Source: an uncultured Pseudomonadota bacterium
GTDB lineage: Bacteria; Myxococcota_A; Polyangia; Fen-1088
Direction of reading: 5' to 3'
Assembly: GCA_963847705.1 (NCBI GenBank)
Contig: CAWKBC010000030.1
Coordinates: 416,001-480,000 of the forward strand
Length of the DNA stretch: 64,000 bases
Both the position numbers and the translations under genes were made by a program. Positions 52,196 to 61,687 of this stretch are shown in pieces (position 1 is the stretch's first letter; each line of letters starts with the position of its first letter). Under the pieces are notes generated by a model. It was given only the letters and a program-made list of their open reading frames with translations, ran no database searches and was not told the DNA's origin.

Positions 52196-54865
52196 ATGCG
52201 CACCAGTTTCTTTCGCAGCACGGCACTCGCCTTTCTTCTCCCCGCCCTGGGTATCCTCGCCCTGGGGACGTTCGGATGCACCTCGCACCAGAACGACGCC
52301 GAGGGGAGCGTGGGGATCGCCCTGCAGCTCGCGCCCGGCCTCTCGCTCGACAGCGTCTCCTACGCGATCACGGGGCCGGCCGGATTCGCACGCTCCGGCT
52401 CGATCGACGTCAGTCAGAGCGGAACCGTCTCGGCGACGATCGGCGGCCTCCCCGCGGGGACAGGTTTCACGATTGTGCTGACCTCGGCAGACACGACAGG
52501 CAGCATCCAGTGCCTGGGCTCCGCGCCGTTCTCCGTCACCGCCGGCACCACGACGGGCGTGACCGTCCATCTTCTTTGTCACGAGGCGCCCACGACGGGC
52601 AGCGTCCTGGTGAACGGAACGATCAACCAGTGCGCCGTGGTTGACGGTCTGTCTGCCAACCCCGCCGAGGTTCTGGTGGGCGGCACGATCGCGCTGGCCG
52701 GCGCCGGCCACGACGTCGACGGCGCCCCCGCGGCGCTGACCTACCACTGGACGGCGAGCGCCGGCAGGCTCAGCGACGCGAGCGTCCAGAATCCGACGTT
52801 CACCTGCACGGCGGCAGGCGCGGTCACGCTCACGCTCGCCGTCAGCGACGGCGACTGCGGCGGCAGTGCGTCGACCACCGTGACCTGCACCGGCGCCGCG
52901 CACATCGTCATCAACGAGGTCGAATCGAACGGCGATCCGGTCGGTGACTGGGTGGAGCTGACCAACGCCGGCCCCACCACGGCGGACATCTCGGGCTGGA
53001 AGCTCCTGGACAACGACGACACCCACCCCTTCGTCGTCGTCCCCGGCGGAACGTCGCTGCCGGCGGGCGGGTTCTACCGCATCTACGTGTTCCAGACGTT
53101 CGGCCTCGGCGCGCCCGACAGTGCGCGCCTCTACGACCCGGCCGGCGACCTGGTCGACGCGTACAGCTGGACGACGCACGCGGTGGGCACCTATGGCCGT
53201 TGCCCCGACGGCACCGGTCCGTTCGTCGACTCGACGCCGACACCGGGAGCCCCCAATGCCTGCGGCGGGGGCGCGGCCGGCGCCAGCGGCGCGGCGGGTG
53301 CGGGCGGCGCGGCGGGTGCGGGCGGCGCGGCGGGTGTGGGCGGCGCGGCGGGTGCGGGCGGCGCGGCGGGTGCGGGCGGCGCGGCGGGTGCGGGCGGCGC
53401 GGCGGGTGCGGGCGGCGCGGCGGGCGCGGGCGGCGCGGGCGCCGGCGGTGCGTCCTCCGCGATCGTGATCAACGAGGTCGAGTCCAACGGCGATCCCGTC
53501 GGTGACTGGGTCGAGCTGACCAATACCAGCTCGACCACGGCGGACATCTCGGGCTGGAAGCTCCTGGACAACGACAACACCCACGCCTTCGTCGTGGTTC
53601 CCACCGGAACGTCGCTCGCCCCAGGCGGCTTCTTCCGCATCTACGTCTTCCAGACCTTCGGCCTCGGTGCGCCCGACATGGCGCGCCTCTTCGATCCGGC
53701 GGGCGATCTGGTCGACTCGTACAGCTGGACGACGCACGCCGTGGGCACCTACGGCCGTTGCCCCGACGGCACGGGACCGTTCGTCGATTCGACGCCGACG
53801 CCGGGAGCGCCCAACGCCTGCGGCGGCAGCGGCGTGGCCGGAGCGGGCGGCGCGGCCGGCGTGGCCGGCGCCGGCGGGATGGGGGGCCTGGCGGCCAACG
53901 AGCTCCCCTGGCCCGGCACCGACACGGTCATCACCGTCGACGACGTGGGCGAGTGGGCCTCGAACCTCTCGGGCCTCAGCTACCAGCCGGCGACGGCCAC
54001 CGACCCCGCGGTGTTGTGGGGCATCGATAACGGTCCGTCGAAGCTCTATCGCCTGCTCTGGAACGGGACGACCTGGGAGTCCGATCCGGCGAACAGCTGG
54101 GGCGCCGGCAAGACGATCCACTACCTGGACGGCAGCGGCGATCCCGACTCGGAAGGGGTCAGCAAGGCGGAGTTCGCCGATGCTTCGATCTACGTGTCGA
54201 CGGAGCGCGACAACGACAACAACCAGGTCAACCGCTTCAGCGTCCTGCGCTACGACACGACCGCGCCGGGCACCGATCTCACGGCTCAAAACGACTGGGA
54301 GCTGACCGCCGACCTGCCCGCCATGGGGATCAACCTCGGGCTCGAGGCCATCACCTACATTCCGGACACCGCGCTGGTCGCGGGAGGGTTCTTCGACGAG
54401 GCGGCCAACGCGGCCTACAACCCGGCCAGCTACCCGAACCACGGCACGGGGCTGTTCTTCGTGGGCCTCGAGTCGAACGGCGTGATCTACGGCTACGCGC
54501 TCAACCACGCCGACAACACGTTCACCCGCGTCGCCACCTTCCCGAGCGGCCAGGTCTCGATCATGGACCTCTCCTACGACCGCGAGGTCGGTTACCTCTG
54601 GGCCCAGTGCGACAACACCTGCGGCGTCAAGGCGACGGTCTTCCGGCTCGACACGACGCCGACCTCGCCCACCGCGGGTCGCTTCGAGATCGGCCGTGTC
54701 TTCGATCGCCCCGACTCGCTGCCCGACTCGAACTTCGAGGGCATCGGCATCGCGCCCGAGGGCGAGTGCGTGGGCGGCCAGAAGCACTTCTTCTGGTCCG
54801 ACGACAGCGCGCTCGACGGTCACTCGCTGCGGCGCGGCTCGATCCCCTGCGGGGCCTTCTTCTAG
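52196..54865 (+). CDS. Secreted lipoprotein: Ig/PKD-like, two lamin-tail domains, C-terminal SdiA-regulated/phytase-like beta-propeller
   Basis: Lipobox FGC; 2x IVINEVESNG...DWVELTN...DISGWKL.D; NLSGL, DSEGV, NLGLEAIT, NFEGI. Confidence 0.82.
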   Translation: MRTSFFRSTALAFLLPALGILALGTFGCTSHQNDAEGSVGIALQLAPGLSLDSVSYAITGPAGFARSGSIDVSQSGTVSATIGGLPAGTGFTIVLTSADTTGSIQCLGSAPFSVTAGTTTGVTVHLLCHEAPTTGSVLVNGTINQCAVVDGLSANPAEVLVGGTIALAGAGHDVDGAPAALTYHWTASAGRLSDASVQNPTFTCTAAGAVTLTLAVSDGDCGGSASTTVTCTGAAHIVINEVESNGDPVGDWVELTNAGPTTADISGWKLLDNDDTHPFVVVPGGTSLPAGGFYRIYVFQTFGLGAPDSARLYDPAGDLVDAYSWTTHAVGTYGRCPDGTGPFVDSTPTPGAPNACGGGAAGASGAAGAGGAAGAGGAAGVGGAAGAGGAAGAGGAAGAGGAAGAGGAAGAGGAGAGGASSAIVINEVESNGDPVGDWVELTNTSSTTADISGWKLLDNDNTHAFVVVPTGTSLAPGGFFRIYVFQTFGLGAPDMARLFDPAGDLVDSYSWTTHAVGTYGRCPDGTGPFVDSTPTPGAPNACGGSGVAGAGGAAGVAGAGGMGGLAANELPWPGTDTVITVDDVGEWASNLSGLSYQPATATDPAVLWGIDNGPSKLYRLLWNGTTWESDPANSWGAGKTIHYLDGSGDPDSEGVSKAEFADASIYVSTERDNDNNQVNRFSVLRYDTTAPGTDLTAQNDWELTADLPAMGINLGLEAITYIPDTALVAGGFFDEAANAAYNPASYPNHGTGLFFVGLESNGVIYGYALNHADNTFTRVATFPSGQVSIMDLSYDREVGYLWAQCDNTCGVKATVFRLDTTPTSPTAGRFEIGRVFDRPDSLPDSNFEGIGIAPEGECVGGQKHFFWSDDSALDGHSLRRGSIPCGAFF
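52904..53824 (+). repeat. Near-identical internal duplication of the lamin-tail domain (52904-53266 and 53462-53824)
   Basis: Two 363-bp copies with nearly identical translation. Confidence 0.9.
53288..53431 (+). repeat. 18-bp tandem repeat x8 (GAAGAG linker)
   Basis: GGCGCGGCGGGTGCGGGC repeated 8 times, two copies with single substitutions. Confidence 0.92.
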
Positions 54866-54890
54866 CCGAGGCGCTTCGCGCCGCCGCGCT

Positions 54891-55157
54891 TCACGGCCTG
54901 AGACGGACGACGTGGAACGTCTGGTCCGGCTCCCAGCAGCGGTCCGTCCCGCCGTCGTATTCGATCTCGAGCAAGAGGACGCCCGTCGCGGGATCGACAT
55001 CGGCGGCCGCGAGGCTGGCCAGCGGAGCGGGGCACTTCTCGCAGCCCTTGCAACGAGGGCCGGCGGGCGCAGCGTTGGGGGCGCGCCCGGGACTCCCGAG
55101 CAGAGCCGCGACGAGGGCAGCCACCACCTCGACGAGCCGCCAGCTGGACCGATCCAC
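54891..55157 (-). CDS. Small hypothetical protein or gene fragment
   Basis: Hydrophobic N-terminus, CKGCEKC, LLLEIEYDGGTDRCWEPD; start unclear. Confidence 0.35.
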   Translation of the reverse strand: MDRSSWRLVEVVAALVAALLGSPGRAPNAAPAGPRCKGCEKCPAPLASLAAADVDPATGVLLLEIEYDGGTDRCWEPDQTFHVVRLRP

Positions 55158-55273
55158 TGACCAGAAGTAGCCCGGATCCAGCCGTCAACGCACGTCCCAC
55201 CGTCGATCGTCCATCCTCGAGGTTGCCAATCTGGATCGGAGGGACACCGTGAACAGTGAAAGGCGGTGTCGCG

Positions 55274-55564
55274 ATGGGTTTGATCTGGACCTTGATTGTC
55301 GGGTTGGTGGCGGGAGCGCTGGCGAAGCTGGCCATGCCAGGCCGCGACCCTGGCGGCATCGGTACGACGATGGCGCTCGGTGTCGGTGGTTCGTTGCTGG
55401 CGAGCTTCTTCGGCCGGGCGACCCATCTGTACGCGGCGGGCGGGCATGCGGGCATCATCACGTCGGCGATCGGCGCCTTCGTGCTGCTGGGGATCTATCG
55501 CGTGATCCTGAAACGGCGAGGGGACACCACGCACGGGACGCACGGTCCCTCGGTCCGGGCATGA
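55274..55564 (+). CDS. GlsB/YeaQ/YmgE (transglycosylase-associated) membrane protein
   Basis: LIVGLVAGALAKLAMPGRDPGG...LGVGGS...SAIGAFVLL.IYR. Confidence 0.9.
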   Translation: MGLIWTLIVGLVAGALAKLAMPGRDPGGIGTTMALGVGGSLLASFFGRATHLYAAGGHAGIITSAIGAFVLLGIYRVILKRRGDTTHGTHGPSVRA

Positions 55565-55574
55565 ACGGGGGCGA

Positions 55575-55641
55575 CGCCCCGACCTCCCCGGTCGAGTCTC
55601 CGATGGTGGAGACGGGGAGGCTCCTCGTGGAGGTCGGGGCG
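55575..55641. other. Structured intergenic element (nested inverted repeats; terminator or sRNA candidate)
   Basis: 13-bp IR CGCCCCGACCTCC/GGAGGTCGGGGCG enclosing hairpin GTCTCC-N6-GGAGAC. Confidence 0.5.
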
Positions 55642-55777
55642 GCAGCTCGACCGTTGTCGGGTTGTCAGATTGTTAATCAATCGCCGACGAACTGGAAACA
55701 CACGGGAAACGCGGGCCGGGGTAGGGTGAAGTGTGAGAAGGAGCTTTGGGTCGACTCTCGTCGGCCACTGAACCTGG

Positions 55778-55981
55778 ATGGACTACGGGGTGGCCTGCTT
55801 CCAATCTGGCGCAATCGTCTGGGCGTCGAAGCGTGACCTTGTCATTCAGAAGGTCGACGAGCTGGCGAAGTTCGGCTTCGAGCCGCACCAACCCATCTTC
55901 CAGACCGGCATGTACTGGTACGCGCGATTGGCCGCGCCGCGCGGCAAGGACGCGCGCGCGATGCGCGTCGCCTCGCGCTGA
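55778..55981 (+). CDS. Small hypothetical protein (67 aa)
   Basis: GC3-biased codons and globular-looking sequence in otherwise empty space. Confidence 0.55.
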   Translation: MDYGVACFQSGAIVWASKRDLVIQKVDELAKFGFEPHQPIFQTGMYWYARLAAPRGKDARAMRVASR

Positions 55982-56090
55982 AGCAGGTTGCCTTCGCGAT
56001 TTGCGGCCAGGACGTGGCTGAGCTCTCTGCCGGCGCGCGTCGACGTCACCGGGAAATGGCGCCGCTGAAGGGCGGCGGGTACCGTGAGGC

Positions 56091-56765
56091 GTGACGCCGG
56101 CGCTGGTGCTCTTCGATCTCGATGGGACGCTGGCCGACACGGCTCCGGACATCGCCCGGGCGCTGGGCGTCGGGCTGGCGGAGATTGGCCTTCCCCCGCT
56201 GCCGCTCGACACCGTCAAGCAGATGGTCGGCGATGGGGCGCGCGAGCTCATCCGGCGCGCGCTCGCGGCGGCTCCCCCGGACCCCGCGCGCGAGGAGGCG
56301 GCGTTCGGTCGCTTCCTGGCGAGCTACCGGGAGAACGTCTGCGTCGGCTCGCAGCTCTATCCGGGGGTGGTCGAGGGGCTGGCGGCGCTGCGCACCGACG
56401 GCGCGGCGCTGGCGGTCGTGACCAACAAGCCGGGCGACCTCGCGCGGACGTTGCTGGGGACACTGGGGATCGCCGCGTCGTTCGAGGCGATCATCGGCGA
56501 CGGCGACGGGTTTCCCCGCAAGCCTGACCCCTCTGGCGCCCTGTCGGTGCTGGCCAAGGTGGACGCCTCGCCCGATCGGGCCGTGATGGTCGGGGATGGC
56601 CTCCCCGACATGCGCCTGGCACGCGCGCTCGGCGCCGCCGCCGTGGCCGCGACCTGGGGGTACCTCCCCGCGGCCGCCCTGGCCCGCGAGGCGCCGGCGT
56701 TTCTGGCCGGATCGTTTCCAGAGGCGATCTCGATCATCCGCGGCACGCGCCAGCACCAACCCTGA
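56091..56765 (+). CDS. gph: HAD-family phosphatase (phosphoglycolate phosphatase-like)
   Basis: FDLDGTLADT, VVTNK, RKPDP, MVGDGLPD. Confidence 0.85.
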   Translation: MTPALVLFDLDGTLADTAPDIARALGVGLAEIGLPPLPLDTVKQMVGDGARELIRRALAAAPPDPAREEAAFGRFLASYRENVCVGSQLYPGVVEGLAALRTDGAALAVVTNKPGDLARTLLGTLGIAASFEAIIGDGDGFPRKPDPSGALSVLAKVDASPDRAVMVGDGLPDMRLARALGAAAVAATWGYLPAAALAREAPAFLAGSFPEAISIIRGTRQHQP

Positions 56766-56906
56766 TCCTCGGCAGCGGCGCCACGATCGTCAGCGCCTTG
56801 TTGCGGGCGGCGATCGCCCCGACTTCGCACCTGACCTCGGCCAAGCCGAGCTGGGGGCGTCTTGTCGCGGAGATGACGGGCCTTCCTGCGGTAACGTGGT
56901 GGTCCC

Positions 56907-58397
56907 ATGACCACGATGCGAAGCGACCTGCAGCGTATCGCCCATCGCGCGATGCTCGACCGGGGACTGGTGCCCGAGTTTTCCGCCGCCGAGCTGGCGG
57001 AGGCGCGGGGGCTCGAGCCTGGGGTGGGCCCCGCCGATCCCCAGATTCGCGATCTGCGCGGGCTCCTGTGGGCGTCGATCGACAACGACGACTCGCGCGA
57101 TCTCGACCAGCTCACCGTCGCGCAGGCAATCTCCCCGACGGCGACCAGGATCCTGGTGGCGATCGCGGATGTCGACGCCAAGGTGAAGCGGGGCTCCGCG
57201 CTCGATCACCATGCCCGGACCAACACGACGTCGGTCTACACCGACGCGCGGATCTTCCCGATGTTGCCGGAGCTGCTCTCCACCGATCTCACTTCGCTCA
57301 ACGAAGGGAAGGAGCGCCTGGCCCTGGTCGTCGACATGGTCGTCGACGGCGATGGACAGGTGACGGCAGGGGAGCTCACCCGCGCCGTGGTCGTCAACCG
57401 AGCCAAGCTCGCCTACAACGCGGTGGCCGCCTGGTTGGAGGGGAAGTCGGAGCCGCCCGCCAAGCTGGCCGCCGTCGCCGGGCTGGCCGACAACCTGCGG
57501 CTTCAAGACCGCGTCGCCCAGGCGCTCCGCAAGCGGCGTCACCAGAACGGGGCGCTGGAGCTGGAGACGCTGGAGCCGCGCGCGGTGTTTCAGGGAGATG
57601 CCGTCTCGGAGCTGCGGCTGGAACAACAAAATCGCGCCAAGCAGCTGATCGAGGACTTCATGGTGGCCGCGAACGTCACCACCGCGCACTTCCTGGAGAA
57701 GAGGAGATTCCCGTCGGTGCGGCGGGTGCTGCGCTCGCCCGAGCGCTGGGAGCGGATCGTCGAGCTGGCCGGGACCCACGGCACGCAGCTGCCCGGCGAG
57801 CCGGACGCCCGGGCGCTGGAGGACTTCCTGACCGAGCGCCGCCGGGCCGACCCGGACCACTTTCCAGATCTGTCGCTGGCGGTGGTGAAGCTGCTGGGCC
57901 GCGGCGAGTACGCGCTCGAGACGCCGGGGCAGCGCGCCACCGAGCACTTCGGGTTGGCCGTGCGGGACTACACCCACTCGACCGCGCCCAACCGACGGTT
58001 TCCCGACCTCCTCACGCAGCGCCTGATCAAGGCGGCGCTGGCGAACCAGCCGCCGCCTTACTCGCCGGACGAGCTCGCCGCGCTGGCGCAGCACTGCACG
58101 GTCGCGGAGGACGCCGCGGCCAAGGTCGAACGGCAGGTGAGAAAATCGGCTGCCGCGCTGCTCTTGCAGGCGCGGATCGGCCAGACCTTTCAGGCTTTCG
58201 TGACGGGCGCGTCGGCGAAGGGGACCTGGGTCCGGGTGCTGCAGCCGCCGGTCGAGGGGCGGGTGGTGCGCGGGTTCGAGGGGCTCGACGTGGGCGACCG
58301 GGTGACGGTCAAGCTGGAGCGCACCGACGTCGAGCGTGGGTTCATCGACTTCTCGCGGGTCGCTTCAGGCGGATTCGTTCCAGGATCGACTCGATGA
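56907..58397 (+). CDS. RNB-domain ribonuclease (RNase II/R family) lacking N-terminal CSDs
   Basis: SIDNDDSRDLDQ, VAIADV, TSVY, IEDFMVAAN, HFGLAV.DYTHSTAPNRRFPDL; C-terminal S1-like. Confidence 0.92.
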   Translation: MTTMRSDLQRIAHRAMLDRGLVPEFSAAELAEARGLEPGVGPADPQIRDLRGLLWASIDNDDSRDLDQLTVAQAISPTATRILVAIADVDAKVKRGSALDHHARTNTTSVYTDARIFPMLPELLSTDLTSLNEGKERLALVVDMVVDGDGQVTAGELTRAVVVNRAKLAYNAVAAWLEGKSEPPAKLAAVAGLADNLRLQDRVAQALRKRRHQNGALELETLEPRAVFQGDAVSELRLEQQNRAKQLIEDFMVAANVTTAHFLEKRRFPSVRRVLRSPERWERIVELAGTHGTQLPGEPDARALEDFLTERRRADPDHFPDLSLAVVKLLGRGEYALETPGQRATEHFGLAVRDYTHSTAPNRRFPDLLTQRLIKAALANQPPPYSPDELAALAQHCTVAEDAAAKVERQVRKSAAALLLQARIGQTFQAFVTGASAKGTWVRVLQPPVEGRVVRGFEGLDVGDRVTVKLERTDVERGFIDFSRVASGGFVPGSTR

Positions 58398-59224
58398 CGG
58401 CCAAGCTCCACGACGACGACGCCGCCGATCCGGTGGTCGCCTATCGCGACCAGGACTTCCTCGACAGCGACGACGCGCGGCCCCTGCGGATCCTCGCCGA
58501 GTACCTGGCGCCGCTGCGGGCGCTGCGGGAGCAGGAGGTCCGGGACACCATCGTCTTCTTCGGGTCCGCCCGCATCCTCCCCGACGGACCGCTCGGCCGC
58601 TACTACGAGGAAGCCCGCGCGCTGGCCCACGCGATCACGGCCTGGTCGATGACGCTCGAGGGGCACGGGCATCACCGCATCGTCTGCTCGGGCGGCGGTC
58701 CCGGGATCATGGAGGCCGCCAACCGCGGCGCCAGCGAGGCCGGGGGCCGCACCATCGGGCTCAACATCGGCCTTCCCCACGAGCAGCGGCCGAACCCCTA
58801 CATCACGCCGGGCCTCTCCTTCGAGTTTCACTACTTCTTCATGCGCAAGCTCTGGTTCGCCCACACCGCCTGCGCGCTGGTGGCGTTCCCGGGGGGCTTC
58901 GGCACGCTGGACGAGATGTTCGAGATCCTCACGCTGCAACAGACGGCCAAGCTCGATCGGAAGATCGTCATGCTGCTCTACGGCTCGGAGTACTGGCGCG
59001 AGATCGTCGACTTCGAGGCGCTGGTTCGTCACCGCATGGTCAGCCCGGAGGATCTCGAGCTCTTCAGCTTCGTCGACGATCCCCTGACCGCGCTCCGCGC
59101 GCTGCAGGCGGGGCTGGCGCCGTCGGCCCCGGCGACGCTCTCCGGGGAGCCCGCACCGACTGGCACGCCGGGGTTCGCCGCCTCCCGCAGCCCCGAGGAC
59201 GACGGGAGGGATGAAAGCACCTGA
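58394..59224 (+). CDS. LOG-family (TIGR00730/PpnN-like) nucleotide monophosphate nucleosidase
   Basis: FFGSAR, SGGGPGIMEAANRGA, FHYFFMRK, FPGGFGTLDE; ATGA overlap with RNB. Confidence 0.92.
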   Translation: MTAKLHDDDAADPVVAYRDQDFLDSDDARPLRILAEYLAPLRALREQEVRDTIVFFGSARILPDGPLGRYYEEARALAHAITAWSMTLEGHGHHRIVCSGGGPGIMEAANRGASEAGGRTIGLNIGLPHEQRPNPYITPGLSFEFHYFFMRKLWFAHTACALVAFPGGFGTLDEMFEILTLQQTAKLDRKIVMLLYGSEYWREIVDFEALVRHRMVSPEDLELFSFVDDPLTALRALQAGLAPSAPATLSGEPAPTGTPGFAASRSPEDDGRDEST

Positions 59225-59276
59225 TTCGGTCTTGTACCGGCGCCAGCCGTGATCAGCTTGGAAGGTGGGAAAAACC

Positions 59277-59774
59277 ATGAAGACCACGATGAGGATCGCG
59301 ATGGCCGGGATGGTGGCCTACCTGTTCGTGGGCGTGGCGCGCGCCGCCGATCCGCCCTCCACGGCCGAGGTCCTCGACAAGCTCCACAATTCGAACCTGA
59401 CGGAGATCGAGGCCGGCAAGCTGGCCCAGGACAACGGGCACTCGCAGGCCACCAAGGACTACGGGAAGATGCTGGTGAGTGAGCACACCAGCGCGGACAA
59501 GCAGGTCGTGGCGCTCGCCAAGGAAGAGAAGATCGATCTGTCGGCCAGCACGCCGGTCGTCGGCGCCAAGAGCCTGGCCGACCTGAGCGCTGGTCCCGCG
59601 TTCGATCGCCGCTTCGCGCGCTCGATGGTCGACGATCACAAGAAGGACATCGCCGAGGTGACCGCGGCCCGCGACAGCACGACCGACGCCAAGCTCAAGG
59701 CGCTCCTGACGGGCATGCTGCCCACGCTGGAGAAGCACGAGAGCATGGCCCAGAGTCTCGAGCACGGAAAGTAG
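59277..59774 (+). CDS. DUF4142 secreted protein
   Basis: Signal ending ARA; N.TEIEAGKLA, YGKMLVSEH, FDRRFARSMVDDHKKD, LPTLEKH. Confidence 0.88.
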   Translation: MKTTMRIAMAGMVAYLFVGVARAADPPSTAEVLDKLHNSNLTEIEAGKLAQDNGHSQATKDYGKMLVSEHTSADKQVVALAKEEKIDLSASTPVVGAKSLADLSAGPAFDRRFARSMVDDHKKDIAEVTAARDSTTDAKLKALLTGMLPTLEKHESMAQSLEHGK

Positions 59775-59834
59775 CGGTCGCGTCGCGGCCTGGGCGGCCC
59801 TGTGTGGGATCGTCAGGATTGTCCGCGTCGGCGC

Positions 59835-61610
59835 TCAGGCCGAGCCGGCCAGGAACAGCCGCTCGCGCTCGGCCACCAAGGCCTCGACCTCGGTGGCGGA
59901 GCCGAGCGCCAGGGCTCGCTCCGCGAAGGCGCGCGCCGCGGCGAGCGTCGTCCTTCGGATTCGGTTCTTCACGGCCAGGATCTCTCCGGGGGCGACGCTG
60001 AGCCCGCGCAGGCCGAGTCCCAGCAGGAGCTCGGTGTAGAGCGGCTCACCGGCGATGTCGCCGCAGATGGTGAGCGGCCGCCCGGTCTCCCGGGCCACGT
60101 CTGCGACCGAGCCGACCAGGCGCAACACCGCCGGATGGAGCGGCTGGTAGTAGGGGGCGACGGATTCATCCTCGCGATCGGCGGCGAGCACGTACTGGAC
60201 GAGGTCGTTCGTCCCCAGACTGAAGAAGTCGACCTCCGGGGCAAGCTGGCGCACGATGAGGGCCGCCGCCGGGATCTCGATCATCGCCCCGATGGGGATC
60301 TTCGGGTCGAAGGCCTGTCCCGCGGCGGCCAGCTCGCGCTCTACCTCCCCGATGATCTGGCGCGTGCGGCGAATCTCCTCGGGGCCCCCCACCACGGGCA
60401 GCAGGATGGAGATGGGATGCGTGGCGCTCACGCGCAGGAAGGCGCGGAGCTGGCGTTTCAGAATGTCGGGGTGCTTGAGCAGGAGACGGATCCCCCGCTC
60501 GGCCAGCGACGGGTTGCGGGAGGCGGGGAGCGGCAGCGATGACAGCTGCTTGTCGCCCCCCACGTCGAGCAGGCGAAAAACGATCCGCCGCGGGTGAAGG
60601 CGCGTGGCGGCCTTCTCGAGAAACTCGAACTGCTCCTCCTCGGTCGGAAGCGCGCTCCGGATCGCGTAGCCGAACTCGGTGCGGTAGAGCCCGATCCCGT
60701 CCGCCTTGTAGAGCATCGCCGCCTCGGTGTCGGCGAGCTTGCTGGCGTTGGCGAAGAGGCCGACGGCCGTCCCGTCCGCGGTGACCGCGGGCAGGTCGAT
60801 GAGGTCGCGCAGCTTGTCCTTGTCGGTCCGGAAGTCCTTCTCCAGCCGCTCGTACTCGCGCTCGACCGAGCGGGGCGGGTTGACGAAGACCACGCCCGCG
60901 ATTCCGTCGACGATCAGCCGATCCCCGGTCTTGATCCGGAGCGGCGCCCCGGCGATGCCGATGACCGCCGGCGTCCCCTGCGAGCGGGCCAGGATCGAGG
61001 CGTGCGAGAACCGCCCGCCGTGCTCGCTCACCAGGGCCCGAACGCCGCCCAGGTCGAGGCGGGCGGTCACCGAGGGGAGCAGCTCGTCCGCGACGACGAC
61101 GGCCCCTTCCGGGACCTCGAGCTGCTGCTGCTCGTCGACGAGCGCGGAGAGGACCCGGCGGCCGACGTCGCGGATGTCCGCCGCCCGCTCGCGCAAATAG
61201 GGGTCGGGGATGTCGTCGAAGGTGCGGGTGAACTTCTGGACGATCTCGGCGACCGCGCTCTCCAGGTTGATGTTCTGGTCGCGGACCAGGGCCGAGACCT
61301 GGGTGCGCAGGATCGGATCCCGCACCACCAGGGCCTGGGCCGCGAAGATGTCGCCCTCGCTCGGGCCGAGGCTGTCGTCGACCGCTTTTTTGAGTGCCAG
61401 GAGGTCCCGCTCGGCCTGACCCAGCGCCACGTCGAATCGCGCCAGCTCGCTGTCGACCTCGGCGGCCGCGATCTCGCGCCGGAGGGCGGGCGCCCCGACG
61501 CCACAGGCCAGCACGTAGGCCGTCCCCCGACCAATTCCGGGGGAGACGGCCGTCCCCCGCATCAGCCCCTCCGCGGCGGGGGGGGCCCCGTTGCCCTCTT
61601 CTCGGGTCAC
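59835..61610 (-). CDS. ptsI: PTS enzyme I (PEP-protein phosphotransferase)
   Basis: YLRERAADIRDV, GGRFSHASILAR phospho-His, GIGLYRTEF, GAMIEIPAA, SLGTNDLVQY, ICGD; AGGAG RBS. Confidence 0.92.
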   Translation of the reverse strand: MTREEGNGAPPAAEGLMRGTAVSPGIGRGTAYVLACGVGAPALRREIAAAEVDSELARFDVALGQAERDLLALKKAVDDSLGPSEGDIFAAQALVVRDPILRTQVSALVRDQNINLESAVAEIVQKFTRTFDDIPDPYLRERAADIRDVGRRVLSALVDEQQQLEVPEGAVVVADELLPSVTARLDLGGVRALVSEHGGRFSHASILARSQGTPAVIGIAGAPLRIKTGDRLIVDGIAGVVFVNPPRSVEREYERLEKDFRTDKDKLRDLIDLPAVTADGTAVGLFANASKLADTEAAMLYKADGIGLYRTEFGYAIRSALPTEEEQFEFLEKAATRLHPRRIVFRLLDVGGDKQLSSLPLPASRNPSLAERGIRLLLKHPDILKRQLRAFLRVSATHPISILLPVVGGPEEIRRTRQIIGEVERELAAAGQAFDPKIPIGAMIEIPAAALIVRQLAPEVDFFSLGTNDLVQYVLAADREDESVAPYYQPLHPAVLRLVGSVADVARETGRPLTICGDIAGEPLYTELLLGLGLRGLSVAPGEILAVKNRIRRTTLAAARAFAERALALGSATEVEALVAERERLFLAGSA

Positions 61611-61687
61611 GCGTCGCTCCTGAGGTCGAGGTTTACCGAACCGAGCTCCATTGTCGATGGTGTTCGATTCGCGACCCGGAGGCCCGG

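Noticed and set aside
53288-53431. Tandem 18-bp repeats as a possible CRISPR array
   Set aside because: No unique spacers, in-frame Gly/Ala linker inside a CDS, no cas genes
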